Positions 24,166-37,218 of a stretch of 64,000 bases of DNA are shown here, piece by piece. Where the stretch lies: NCBI RefSeq assembly GCF_032062105.1, contig NW_026931523.1, forward strand, positions 186,001 through 250,000. The letters run 5' to 3'. Position numbers and translations under genes: made by a program. Source of the DNA: Saccostrea cucullata (lineage: Eukaryota). The notes under the pieces are model-generated. The model ran no database searches and was not told where the DNA came from. It saw only the letters and a program-made list of their open reading frames with translations. Each line of letters starts with the position of its first letter. The stretch's first letter is position 1.

Positions 24166-27100
24166 ATGCAACACAAAATATGGTTTTCTGCCGTCATCCT
24201 GCTCCTTTATGTGAAGGTATTTTGTATATATGTTTTTGAGATTTGTTTTAAATTTGGGACAATAAATTTTTACCTTGAAGAATCAGACATTTTTATGTTT
24301 TTATTTTGAGAGCTATAACTTATCTGTTATTGTTATATTTCTTTTTAGAATGGTTTTTTCCTTGATGATAGACATTGTTTCAAGTCTTTAGAGACTATGC
24401 AGATAGTCGAAAGCTGTCCTCGTGACAAAAACGAAATGGAAGAAGCTGCCAAAGAAAAAAACTGTTCACATCATGCAAAGAACCAAAGTTGTACTGTTCC
24501 AGAAAATTTCAAATATCATTGCGTTATTAATGTTTTCAGGAATCAGTCTATCGAAGTTTGCGCCCCAGAGAGAAAAATTAATGGTAAAAAATGTTGCAAG
24601 CTCATCTATAATAAATTAAAATGTATGAAATACAGCCCCGCACACTTTTTATAATAATTGACACAAATCAACGTCACATTGGATCTTTTTTTTTTTTTTT
24701 TTTTTTTACAATAAAACTGAACATTATTGAGCTTAAGAATGAGACATTACTCAGTAATGTAATTAATATATGTTTGGAAAGGTACATATTTTTGAATTTT
24801 ATTATCTTAAAGTTTCAATGTTGATGTTTAAAAGGGTGCTTTATTAATTAATGCTATGCTGTTATATCTGTATAATTCTACCCTAGGTATTTACAAATAT
24901 TAATAATTATAATCATTTGTACTATTAATTGCAATTTTCAAACTGAATTCTTGTATTTTGCTATGTACTTTGCAGATTTTTCATACTCCTCATGGTATTG
25001 TCGAATTGTAGCTCCAAAATTGACAATGCTGCATAAAATAATAGGATAAAAAAATACTGTTTATCATTTACAGTCTGAAAAGTCTGGGTCGTATCTCACA
25101 TAATGCGAGATTCAGAAAGTAGACCTGTACAAAAATGCCAGCTTTTTAACATGGAAAGCAGTCGAAAAGATGAGAAATGCTGTTATCATCTTGTGCATTA
25201 GTGTCATATTAATGTACAAAACACACAGAATTTACTTGATATATTTTAAAAAGAACGGGTACAAAGTCGGCTGCATTTGATAAGAAACCATAAAAACATT
25301 AGGGAACAGCTGTCATAATCTATCAGCCAAGAGTATATCAAAACCCTACCAATCATAATGTGTGAATTATGCTTTAAAGCAGTGAAATAAACTTGAGATT
25401 AAGTTAGAAATCATTTTAAAAATATATTTTTTCCCACGTAACATAATTTCGCATAATTAAAATTTAATATGACCATGTGAGTTTAAAAATTGCACGGAGC
25501 TGTATTATGATTCAAGATGTACATTTTGCGATATTCAAATATTAACTCATGTTAATTGGAACAGAATACAGTTTATTTTAACCACTTTGACAATTGTATC
25601 ATAAATGCATTTTTGTAATATTCCGTGTTTATTTTGATGTTTTATGTGGTTTTTAGGCTTTTGTGTAGAATTCAACCTCGAAGGTGCAAGAATACAAGAT
25701 CAATACCTCTCTGACTGTACAGTTTTAGACCCGCCTTGTCCAAAAAGATACAGTTCAACTGATGCTTATTTATGTAAGAACATGCCATACATACATCTGT
25801 ATATATTATTTATATGAACTTGTGAGATATGATAAAATTACGGAGAATAAGAGTACAATCTCAAGTACTATACACATTGAAGTGCATTTTAGTTTACATT
25901 TTAATGAAGATTGCATGATATCGAAACACCCTTGCTAGGAAATCCTTTTTACACTTTCAGAACATCATATATTTGTTGCTATTCACAAACAGTATATAAA
26001 GAATATTACTCCACGGTACAATTACAAGTACATTTTAAAATATTGTGACTTATGGTAAGCTTTAAAAGGAATAATACATACTAACAGGAATCATTATTTC
26101 TATTCACATTCTCTAGATCAGGCGTGTTATAAACACTCCTCGGTCTCGGCAAACACGACTACTGACGAAATTTTCTCTGCCGGGAGCAAAACTACATCGC
26201 CTAGTAATTTGTTGCCGGAAAGTGAAACTGACAATAAAACTAAGTGAGTTCTTATTTGAATGAATGTAACATGTACAATGATTAAAACAACTAAACGCTA
26301 ACATAAATATGAATTGTTTTTCTCATTATTTAACAGGGCATTGTGGATATCTTTCACAGTTTTTGGAATTATTGTACTGGTTGCCATTCCTTTACTTCTA
26401 ATCTGTCGATGGAGTAAATATTACATATCTTTCTTGGTCAATTAATAATGTTATAAGTCTATCAAGAAATATCTCAATTTCAGTTTTAACAACTCCTAAT
26501 GCATTGCGTAACAATAAAAATGATTTCAAGATATTTCATTTGTTCAAAGAATACACTATCATGATTACAAACATATCACTTTGATGTAAATAGGAAGAAG
26601 GAAAAATCGAAAAAAACGAAGAGCAGGTACTGGAAGTGAAACCGACGCAACTAATGGAAAAACAAAATCTGAAATAGGTAAATATCTTTGGTTTGTATAT
26701 ATGCAGATTCTACTTTTAATGGTTATTTCCATAAAATTCAATGTAGAATTTCATTGTGAACAAAGCTCTGAAGTATGAAAATTAAACATAAAATGTGTTT
26801 TATCTTTAAAACTGAACAAAAAGGAAATGTTAAGAATTGAATGATTAGCTGTTTATAGATTTAAATGAGATATCAAAAGTGTTTTAAATGATGTATTTCT
26901 ATTTATTTTGTAGAGGAAATGAAGCCCTTAGTTATGCATGATTTAGAGGGCAAGTATTTCCATAATGTGTTAAATCAAATATGTTTTATCTTTAACCCAT
27001 GTTTCTCATACATATTTATTTTTCATGTAAAAATATTTCACACTAATTAAGTTTACTATATAAATATTTATATTTCCAGACAAAATGACGAGACGACAAA

Positions 27101-30100
27101 TAAAAATGGGAACAACAACAGATAGATATAGTAAGAATTTCATTGAACAAAATATTTTTTTTTTCAGAATGTGTTTAATGTTAAATGTTTAATTTGAAAT
27201 AGAGAATGAAAAATACATTTCATAAGATTTTGGAAAAACTTTTTGTAAAAGAATTATATGGAGATCTCGAACAGTATTCAATATCAAAGTTCATAAAACA
27301 ATACAAAATAGGAGCAAAGCAAAAACGGACCTCCGAAACAGCGGTGGGATCAGGTGCCATAGAGGAGTGAGCATCCCCTGCTGACCAGTCACACCCGCCG
27401 TGTGCCCCTTGTCATGATCGGGAAATAACGGAAAATATGTCGTCAATTCAATGTATAACTAATAATATGTATGAAAAACACCAGTCAGCATTTGACTTAA
27501 TCATAAATTGTATTGTCTGACAAGGTCATTGTATCGACCATAGAATTTACGAAATGATAACTTTAAACGAGACTGCTGATATTCTTGTTTCATCAACTTG
27601 CTTGTCAATGTCAATAATTTACCTCGTTTTAGAAACTGTTCATACGTAGAGCATGCTCTTGCGTATCGAATCAATTGAGATAAATACACACCGTTTGCAG
27701 GTGATGAAGGTACTAGTATATGGCTGCATAAGTAAGGGAAGTTGACGATAGAAAATTTAAAGTCACCATGTTTATCATATAGCTTGGATGTCAGATTACA
27801 ATTAACGTCTATTCAAAGTAAAATATCCAAGTATGAAACAGATTTGTCAGATTCTGTAGTATCTTTTATCTCAAACTCTCCAGGATATATCGTATCGATG
27901 AAGTAATGGAAATTATCTTTATTGCCAATACGTCGTCGAAGGCCACAACAAAAGTTTTCTTATTTTCACGCAAACGATTGTGCAAAAAGTCTGCTTCATA
28001 TGAATACAAAAATAGGTCTGCTAATAATGGAGCGCAGTTGGCACCTTTGGGAATTCCAATAGATTGTTAGAAGACCTGGTCTCCAAAAACCACATAGATA
28101 TTGTCAATCAGAAACTAATGCATTTCTTTGATGTTAACTTCAGAATACTTGTGTGTGCAATCAGAGTATATTTCCTTGCTGTGTGACATTGTACTAACAA
28201 ACTACAAATTTTACTATTTTAGCATTTACAGCGCAAAAGTCAAAGGAAGAGTTAGCAGAAGAAAACATAGGTAAGTTTAAAAAAATTGAAGTCATCTGAG
28301 GTATTGCCTTAAGTGGGTCTTCTGATTAAAAAAAGTTTCCCACATATGTCCTGTCTGTCGTGTGCTGTCAATGAACTTTTCCAGATCTACAACTTTATCT
28401 CTAAAACAACTGGATCTTATCAACTAAATTCAATATTGTTTACATGAAAAGCCTTGATCTTTTTCAAGGTGAGATTATTAAGAATTATTTCAAATTCCAT
28501 GACATCTTCTTATCTTATTCTATTGGGCCTGTGAAAATGAAACTTATCTAAAAGCTTCATCACATAGAATAATTTTCAAATGTCTTCATATCATGCCTCT
28601 TTGGCTTGGATGATCCCATGAAGGCAATCAAAGTTTAACATAGGAATTTAGTGTAAAAATCATATTAAAAGAATCAATGCTTTCATATTTACATAGACTA
28701 TCCTAAGAAAGCTAGGTTATAATTAGATACAGTGTACTGGTTTTAATCATGATCTCCGGGAATTATAGTATGGACTAGAACGGGTGATTAAAGTTATTCA
28801 TAGTAGCATAAAGAAAATTTCTTTACAAAACTTACTATCAGGAAAATAAAATCCATAACCAGTCGTATAAAGGCGCATCATCGGGGAGAGGATATTCTAA
28901 TTTGTTGAAATCCTGACTCCCGGGGTAAGTGGGGCCTCATTAGAAGATCACAAGTATACGTCACCCATGTTAAATTGCATCAATAATAAGAGATGGTGAG
29001 TCAATTCTTTCATGGCGTGTGATTTTCAATCCCAAGGGGAGACTGATTCTTCAAATAAGATCCTTTAACTGAGGTCCCTTAAAAGCTTGGCGCAGTAGGT
29101 GCTGGCATGATCTTTTACTGCTCAATTGACTCGAGTGCCGAGTATAGGACAAAATTTACAATCTTCCACCCGCAAGTGGTAGGGTTTCCATTTGAATATT
29201 CTAGACAGGAACCTTACACGTCAAACAAAGTATAAATATTTTAAAATGGTTTTGGAATTTTGGAAGTATTTAGGATAATAATAATCAGCTTAATCTCAAA
29301 TTATTTCAGATGAGACGAAAAAATATTTGAAAAGCTACAAGACTTTTAATCGCTACTTTGTTGAAACTGAAATGTACAAATCTGCCAAATCATGTTTGGA
29401 AAAAAATAACATTGTTGTTATGATTGGAGCTTCGGGTTGTGGGAAAACTAATGCTGCAATTCACATGCTATTCGAAGCGGAAAAGGAAAACTGGGTTTTA
29501 CGAAAATTTGGATCATGGGAAGAATTTACTCTTTTAGATGCAAATCAAAAGACTGTCGTCTTTATCGATAATGTATTTTATGGAACTGATAACTACGATT
29601 TAGAAAATTGGTGGAAGGAGTTGGATGAAATATATGGAAACTATCTAAAGCAAGGAACACAGAATTCACATGAAGAGTCTATGGTTAAGTTGCGTCTCAT
29701 TATTACTGCTCGAGAAAATGTTATTGAAAATGCATGTCAGTTTATGAAAAGGATAACGCCCGTATTTAATGATACTTATCGGGAATACGCAAATAAATAT
29801 CCTTTAACCGACGAAGAAAAAAATGAAATCTTTCATAAACAAATTGAATTTGCAGAGAAAGTAAAACATATTTGTTCACCACCAGGTGATTGTCATGGCT
29901 TCAGAACAAGTATATTTAAAGCTGAGGGTCCAATTGGTTTTCCCCTTTGTGCCCATTTATACGCATGCAAAGAGGAATACAGAAGGCGTGGTGCTAACTT
30001 TTTTTCTCATCCAATCGAATTTCTCAAAATTCAAATAGAAGATGAAGTCCGTAACGACCAAACCTCTAAAACCAAAACCCTCTTTTTTGTCCTTTTTCTT

Positions 30101-31651
30101 TATGAATGGCATTTAAAAACACATGATCCACATGCAAAGCTCAATCCAGAAAGCGAAGTTGCATGCAGGCAATTTTTGAATGCAATATCACCCGATCTTA
30201 TGGACAATTTTAGCCCTTTAGATTTCAAGGAGTTAAAAAAGTTTGCACGTCACTTGTCTGGTTCATTTTTTATTGAAGTCGAAGGAGGAGGGTTTAAATT
30301 CGTTCATGACAGTGTATATGAGGCAGTGGGGACATACTTTTGCGAGCGTTATTTTGACAAAGTCATTCCCTTCTTTCCATTTGATGTGATTCAAGCTCAG
30401 GAATACACTTCTCTGAGAAAGGACCAAATATCAAAACTTGTCCTGAGATTTTTATATGAAGCGTTTAATCAAAGATTTTCAAAAGTTTTTGGATTTAACG
30501 TTTTTAGATTGAAAACTTTTTCGGATTGTTTTTGTGATGAACTAGAGAAAAAAGGAGACAAAGACATTGAAAGTTTTTTTTCTCTACAAAATGTCGGCTC
30601 TAACGTTAAACTACCCGTTTTGTTTTGGGCTAGTCTTAACAAGCATCATTATTTAGTAGATAAAATGTTTGGCATCCTCAGCAAACATAACATCAATACT
30701 GACTATCAATTTTATCTTTCATTGTATGGTGAATGCTGTTCAAGAAGTGAGCATATAGTGACAAGACTAAATGGAATGCTTTTCAATAATATGGAAGAAA
30801 TAAAGAAACGCGTTCTTGATTTTAAAGACGAAGAAAAGAACACAGTTCTACATCTTCTAATAATGTCAGAGAGATCCGACAGCACTGTAGCAGAAGCAGT
30901 GGAGAAATTGATTAGAGACAAAGCAAATATTAATGCACGCAACAATTTAAATATGTCACCATTAATGGTTGCTGTCCAGCAAAAAGCAGAAAGATCAGCA
31001 GTAATAAAAAGGCTAGTTGAAAGCAAAGCAGAAGTGAAATATAAGGATAGAAATGGAGCTACTGTTTTTCATCATTGCATGAATTCAGAAAATAATGATG
31101 AAATATGTGCCAAGAATTTAAAGCTTCTCTTAGGTGGAACCAAAAGTAAAAGGTTATTAAATAGTGACGACAACGATGGAGAATCGGTTTTAAACGTTGC
31201 TGCAAAACAAAACAAATATAGTAGGTTATTATGCATTTTAACTATTCTTGAATGTGAGGATGTCAATGCCTCTACATTAAATTTAGATGGATGCTCTCCA
31301 GTTTACAATGCTGTGAAGTACTTGAAGGCAAAATCTCTATTTAGTGAATTGGAATGTTGTGCAAGATTGATTATTTTCATTTTGTACGGAGTGAATCCGG
31401 ACAAAGTAGCAGACGATAAAACAAGTGCCAAACAAATTTGTTGTGCTGAATATAAACATGCCTTAAAAATTTTAAACAACCATGATGCAGAAGCTATGGA
31501 AAAAGAACTTACAAAATTAATTGCACTCGTTCAAGAAACAGTAGAAACGAAGGCAAATATAGAACTCCCAGATTGTTCTTCAAAATTGCCAGAAAGTATA
31601 AAATTGCTCATACGACAAGGAGTTCACTACTTGGCATCCGCTGAACTATAG
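24166..31651 (+). CDS. Receptor R1: type-I membrane protein with Cys-rich ectodomain and cytoplasmic STAND (nSTAND3-like) NTPase plus ankyrin repeats; ~1055 aa
   Basis: Exons 24166-24216, 24349-24583, 25657-25773, 26117-26243, 26337-26413 (TM ALWISFTVFGIIVLVAIPLLLIC), 26594-26677 (RRRKNRKKRR), 26914-26949 (GC donor), 27080-27130, 28223-28270, 29310-31651 give one continuous frame. Walker A GASGCGKT, Walker B VVFIDN, sensor LIITAR, GxP GFPL, MHD-like FVHD; ankyrin-like TVLHLL, SPLMVA, TVFHHC, SVLNVA, SPVYNA. Confidence 0.85.
27290..28170 (-). mobile_element. Penelope-like reverse transcriptase fragment (frameshifted), antisense in an R1 intron
   Basis: Minus-strand remnants GIPKGANCAPLLADLFLYSYEADF and YLSQLIRYARACSTYEQFLKRG...RLKLSFRKFYGRY, followed by the typical 3' tail. 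Confidence 0.85.
28320..28960. repeat. Degenerate satellite or Helentron-like repeat
   Basis: Recurring AATCATGATCCCCGGGG-type and GGGCC...TCAAAGTTTAACATAG-type units of the kind common in oyster repeats. Confidence 0.45.
28990..29230 (+). mobile_element. Decayed SINE
   Basis: ACTGAGGTCCC...TACTGCTCAATTGAC..GAGTGCCGAGTATAGG...AATTTACA core with a CAAACAAA tail; same family as 45918-46218. Confidence 0.55.
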
Positions 31652-32373
31652 TTCTCTTGCAGAAGTTAGTGATCTTCCATTCTATTTTTAGCATAATATT
31701 TGCAGAGGACATATCAGCGATTTTTGTGTTTATCGGCGAGTACTTCACAGAATATTTGGGTTTATATTACTTAAGGTAATTTGTAAACGAATTGGTTATT
31801 GGAGGCTTTGAAGAAAATTTTTAGACACAATTTGTATTTAAAAGTATTATTATGCATGTTAATGTTATGGATGTGTGCTACTTTAATGATAAAGAAATTA
31901 AAGAAATATTTTCAACGAAGGAGGTAGATATTTGTTTGCAATTATCTTTTTATAAAATAAGAATCAGTGAACTTAATAAAAACTAAACTTTATGACTTTG
32001 ACTTTTGTATCAACTTTTTGCATACTTTTGGAATAATCAGATATATAACTTTGATGGAAATATTATGCAAGCAAACGGGTCAGTTGAATGCATTTTAAGT
32101 GTTGAGATTAACAAAATATCCTTACAAATCTGAATAACTTGGTAAGCAAATATGTCATCAGAAGTTATTGGGGAAAAACACACCTTCAAGATTATTTATT
32201 TTATTTTGTTTAAATGTATTTGGCAAATTATATAAAGGGGAGATGGTGTCTCTATTATTCTATGCCTATAATACCTGAGCTTTTTAATTGGCCCTTTAGC
32301 ATTTTGATTTATTTACGTGACTGTACTCACTATGACCACTATGATATGCATCATTTTCCCAGAGTTTTAGTAA

Positions 32374-32762
32374 TATATAAATGTAAAACTGCCATAATTT
32401 ACTAAGGCTGTCTCAGAAAAACTTTAGTTATTAGAATATCTGGGATCAATTGTTTATAGCATAACCTGGCTATTTTATGTTGATATTGTGGGTCTTACAC
32501 GCTTAAAACATTTCTATATCCTCAAGCAATCAAATAATTTACCAGTAGCCGTCCAATACACTATAACCACTATATAAATGTAAAAATGCCCGAATTTACA
32601 ATATGTACTAAGGCTGTCTCAGAAAAACCTTAGTTATTAGAATATCTGGGATCAATTGTTTATCGCATAACCTGACTATTTTATGTTGATATTGTGGTTC
32701 TAACACACTTAGAATATTTCTATATCCTCATGCAATTAAAAATTACTAGTAGCCGTCCAATA
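32374..32762. repeat. Tandem duplication of a ~195-bp unit
   Basis: TATATAAATGTAAAA...CTAAGGCTGTCTCAGAAAAAC...TAGTTATTAGAATATCTGGGATCAATTGTTTAT...AGTAGCCGTCCAATA at ~32374 and ~32571. Confidence 0.9.
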
Positions 32763-34339
32763 ATAACTAATACCAGTTCAAAAATATATTAACAGACGAC
32801 AGTGATAACAAAATCGGAAAGTTTTTTTTTTAAAAATAAGGATTTATGTCATGGATATATGCCGAATACTGTTCTATTTGTAACCTTATCGGACAGTTTG
32901 AGGCCTGTTAGGTAAATTTGATAAATTTTCATATTGAGTAGTACATGTACATGATATATATCTTATATAAAACATTGCCAAAACTTACCTGGAGGAGTTC
33001 AATGATCACAAATTTGGAGTTTAGGCATCCATTGTTTTGAAATCGTGTAATAAGTAGATAAAAGAAATGAGACAGTAAAAACAGTGAGGGAATTTCATTT
33101 CATTTGAGTTTCATTTAATATTCATTCAATGGCAGTCGTTTAGCCAAGCAGAACAGAGGTCCGGTGGTGAAGGATTTAAAAAAAAAATTGAATCAATTTT
33201 TTTTTATTTATTATGTGCCTAAATTGACATTGATACGGGCATAATTTTTGGTGAAATTTTTATCATCACCATGGAAAGTAAAAATGCGAATTTTATCCCG
33301 AGGTTTTAGTTTATATAATGGAAATTCTCAGTTTTTAAAGTGCGGCCATCAGGGAGCAAACCTTTGAAAATTAGGAGATTTGCAGATTCTTTCTTAGAAA
33401 TAGATTAAATTTTGCTTATATAAAGTGTATATTCAGAAACACTTTAAAAAATTCGAAAGTCTTAATTTTAAGGAAAGTTCAAACTCGATTTTTTTTTTCA
33501 AAGATTTGTTATTTTGAAGCAACTTGCGTTTGTTTTCCCTGATTTTTTCCTAATAATTCTTTTGGTTTTTGGACATACACATGTATTTATCCTTTATTTT
33601 ACTCTTCTTTTTGTTTTTCAAATACCGTCCGATTTTGTTATGATTGCCGTCCGGTAATATAATATCGAACTGGTGATTATTACTATCGGACGGCTACAGG
33701 TAATTTTTTAGACTGCAAGAACATAGGCATAATGTCACAGCAATGTTTTAAATATCTAAACACAGAACACAGGCTAGAAAAACAAGCTTAGGGAAAACAA
33801 ACGCAAGAAAATTCACATGTTATAGAATAGTAAATTTGTGAAGAAGAAAACTGTGTTTGAACATGAAAATTCTATACAGTCATGTATCAATCGCTTAACA
33901 CATGTTTCATATAAAATAGTTTAGTTTCCTTTTACGTATAATTGAGACATGAAACGTAGCCCTAACTATGTATTCCAACAGGGAAAGAAGAGTTGGAATA
34001 TGCTTTACAAAGATCAAAATCCTTGAATTGTTGCCGGGGGTGTATCAAACTTTCATATTCCATAGAAACCTATATAGTCGTAATAATATTGAAAGACTCG
34101 AACTTACTGAAACGAATGGTTGCAATCAGTTATTATAATTTATCAAAAAAATTATAAATTATTAACAACACAAGCCTACCCTGAGAAAATAGTGGTTAGA
34201 GGGGGGGGGGGGGATAATTTCTTGGTGCCTCCTAATACTTTTATTCATTTTTCAATTTGAATCTAATAACTTATGAATAAAATTTCCTTTATTGATACAA
34301 AAAGCCCATATAATAACTTATTGTCACAAAATATTATTA

Positions 34340-35375
34340 TTATGGTATGACCACAACATTACCAGTAGAAGAGTTTTCATCACTAGAAGGCAATGATTCG
34401 TCACTACATTTACTGTGGATTACCTCTAGATAAACGCTCGCTTTCTGCAATGACGATTGGTTTGATTCAGAGCTATCAAATGGTGGAAGACTACAAATTG
34501 GATCGAGATAGACGGGATCTGATGTATTTTCACTGGAATCATTTATCATAATTTTCTTATTTTCCAGTCCTTTGTACCTGTCAACAGCAGTTAATTCGGC
34601 TGTGCCGTATCTATTGCTAGTAGCTCTTTTTCGAAAACATTGTTTATAAAGATAAGTAGCGACAAAAACACCAAACAGCGTCACAAAAACGCCAACTAGG
34701 ATAAAAATTCCGTACAAAATAAAGTCCGCTTTCGTCTCATGCTGTTTTATTGTACTTATCATCTTGGTTGTTTGAAATGCAAGTTCTTCGGTACTCAAAG
34801 TGTTTTCAGATACAGCTGATGTTCCAAAATACCTGGTAGCTAAAAAAAAGATGAGTGAAAAATATAATTTTATATGTATGTTAGTATCCTGTATAATTTC
34901 AAAAAAATGTGTCTCTTTACTTCTCTGTTGAAGACATCCTAGTACAAAATCGCAAAGATTTTCTCTACATTTGCACCCGCCTTGACAATCTTCTCCAAAG
35001 CTAGGATATTTGCACCTTTCTGAGCAGTTTATATTATGGTAACCAACAGGACACTCTAAATTTAAAGCAAGAAATTTCTTTCTCTAAGGTTAAAAAAAAA
35101 CAAGAAAAACACCGAGGCATTATTCCAATTAATATTGATAAAAAGACCTACTCTCACACATTGCATTTTCTTTGCTCCAAAAGTATCCTGCGTAGCAAAG
35201 AGATATCTGACGACTAAAAAATGTAAAACGTAACATGAAAAATTACCTGAATATGCAAAAATGGAAATGAATTTCAGAGAATGCAAAAAATGAGATAACT
35301 GTTTTACCTGTCATTGGTGGAAAGAACAAATTTGCACACAATAAAAGAAAACGTAATTAGATTATATTTTGTCAT
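34340..35375 (-). CDS. Single-pass receptor E2 (paralog of E1); ~254 aa
   Basis: Exons (minus) 35308-35375, 35152-35213, 34921-35055, 34340-34839; internal exon sizes (62, 135 nt) and phases are identical to E1. CPVGYHNINCSERCKYPSFGEDCQGGCKCRENLCDFVLGC; TM FILYGIFILVGVFVTLFGVFVATYLY; tail DRYKGL, DPVYLDPI, SVYLEV. Confidence 0.88.
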
Positions 35376-36419
35376 TGTTAATATGCCTATACGATGAAAA
35401 TAGAAATATATCCAGAATCATTAAAATGTAAATAATTATGAAAAAATTATTCAATGTTTCCGCATGCATAGTTTAAAAGGTTACATGAAATGCGATCTAT
35501 TTGATTTCAGGAAATACATGTATGTTGGTACACAAATAAGGAAATAAGATTTTTAAAAATATCGAGAATTTCTAAATTATATTGATATTTTAATGACATT
35601 ACAAATTGCCCATATTACATAATTTTCGCAGTTGTTTGATAGAAATCGCATCGGAAAAAAATCGCTTTATGTTATTTAGTACTCCAAATATTAGAAATCT
35701 AAATACATAATGATGGAACAATATTTTGATACATTTGAGAACATTGTTGAAAAGTATTGCGAATTATTAAAAACAAATGAGTAAAATTTTGGTTTCTGTA
35801 TGCATGTGTTCCATTTCTTTGAAAAGCAAATTGGATATTTAGCATCCAATCGTGCTCCCGACCTCTTCATCAGCGATATCAAAACGGACGCTGCGATAAT
35901 TTTATTTTATTTTTTTTCTTTAAAATTCAAAACGAAAATTGCCAATCTATTTAAATCTTTTTCAGGTATTTGTTTCTGTGAATTTTTATAACTATATGAT
36001 GTCTGTAAGAGTAACTAAAAAGAAGAGTCCGTGTAATTTTTGAACGGCCTCCGTACACTTGTATTTTCTTCAGTCTGCAATTGTATCGTCTTTCGTTATT
36101 GCCATGCAAAGGCTGACTACATGTTTCTTCATGTTTTGTTTTAACAGGGAACTATTAATATGTCAATTCACTTGTATACTTAATTATACATTACATTTTG
36201 AAATAATGTTATCGTCATTTAATGTCTCTGAAGACTTCATTACTCTTTCTATAAGCGATGAAGTAGTCTTTGGTGCACTGTTAACGGGAGAGAGGGGGGG
36301 GGTAATTTTTCGGATATATAAATAATATAGAAAAATTTAAAACAACTACAATGTATACGTATGCTTGTGCTGTGCCTCTGCAATAAAAACACATTTGATT
36401 ACTTTTTTTGTTCGTCAGG

Positions 36420-36547
36420 GAATTTTTGGTGGTTGATAGTAACCTCAACTGAAAATGTTTGCACCTCACTTCCTACGGAGCCTGCACCAGTATATGGTAA
36501 CGTCACTACACGAGAAGGAGGGACGTAAAAACAACATACAATCAATC
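36420..36547 (+). mobile_element. SINE 3' fragment
   Basis: GGTAACGTCACTACACGAG...GGGACGTAAAAACAACATACAATCAATC tail. Confidence 0.55.
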
Positions 36548-37204
36548 TTATGAATGTATTTAGTCGTATTTTTGACCTACGTACATACATTCGCGTATCA
36601 CCTTCTTGCGACTTGTTGACTTTTAATGTCGTTTTTGCGACGTATTTGTCGTTTGTAAGACTTATGATCTTATCAATCCGACTATTGCAACTAATAATGT
36701 CATACGTACGACAAAGTATCTTATTTTTGCGACATTCTATCATTTTAATTTAGTTTGAATCAATATTTGGTATGTACAAATTATTGTATGTTGTATGTAC
36801 GGGTGTGATATAATTATTATTTCATAAGTACGACATAATGATCTTGAACAAACGACTTGATATCTTGATATCACCTGAACGTATATTGACACTGGAGAAT
36901 CTATATTTAAATATCTCAAGCATTCCTCTTACAGGACTTTGATCAAGTTAAGGTAACCGAATCGTTAAGGTGGGTTGAAACGATATATATATGTATGTAC
37001 TAAAGTGCGCTCTATCGGATGTGTGCTAACAAATATTAAGTAAGTATATCTGATTGAGACATTTATAATTTGTACATCTTGTAATAAAACAAGATTTTCT
37101 CAAATCACAAAACTAGAAGGAATACCTGTTATATTTTAAAAGTAATAATCACTTGCAAAGAAAAGGGAAAAGACATAAAAGTTAGAATATTACAGAATAG
37201 AAAA

Positions 37205-37218
37205 TCTACTTTCGTTTT
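37205..37218. promoter_or_regulatory. Conserved IRF-element-like 14-mer upstream of R2
   Basis: TCTACTTTCGTTTT, about 800 bp before the R2 ATG. Confidence 0.6.

Noticed and set aside
30712-31266. Antisense ORFs over R1 (also 49954-50184, 14025-14219, 16422-16736, 19855-20091)
   Set aside because: They are shadows of real coding exons on the opposite strand.
29327-31651. 774-aa ORF (and the 708-aa ORF at 49229-51355) as stand-alone intronless or bacterial-type genes
   Set aside because: They start at TTG/GTG, are preceded by good phase-1 acceptors (29310, 49179), and join upstream exons in frame.
36575-36870. 114-aa ORF 36399-36743 and CGAC-rich repeats
   Set aside because: The ORF spans a SINE tail and decayed subterminal repeats, and has no protein signature.
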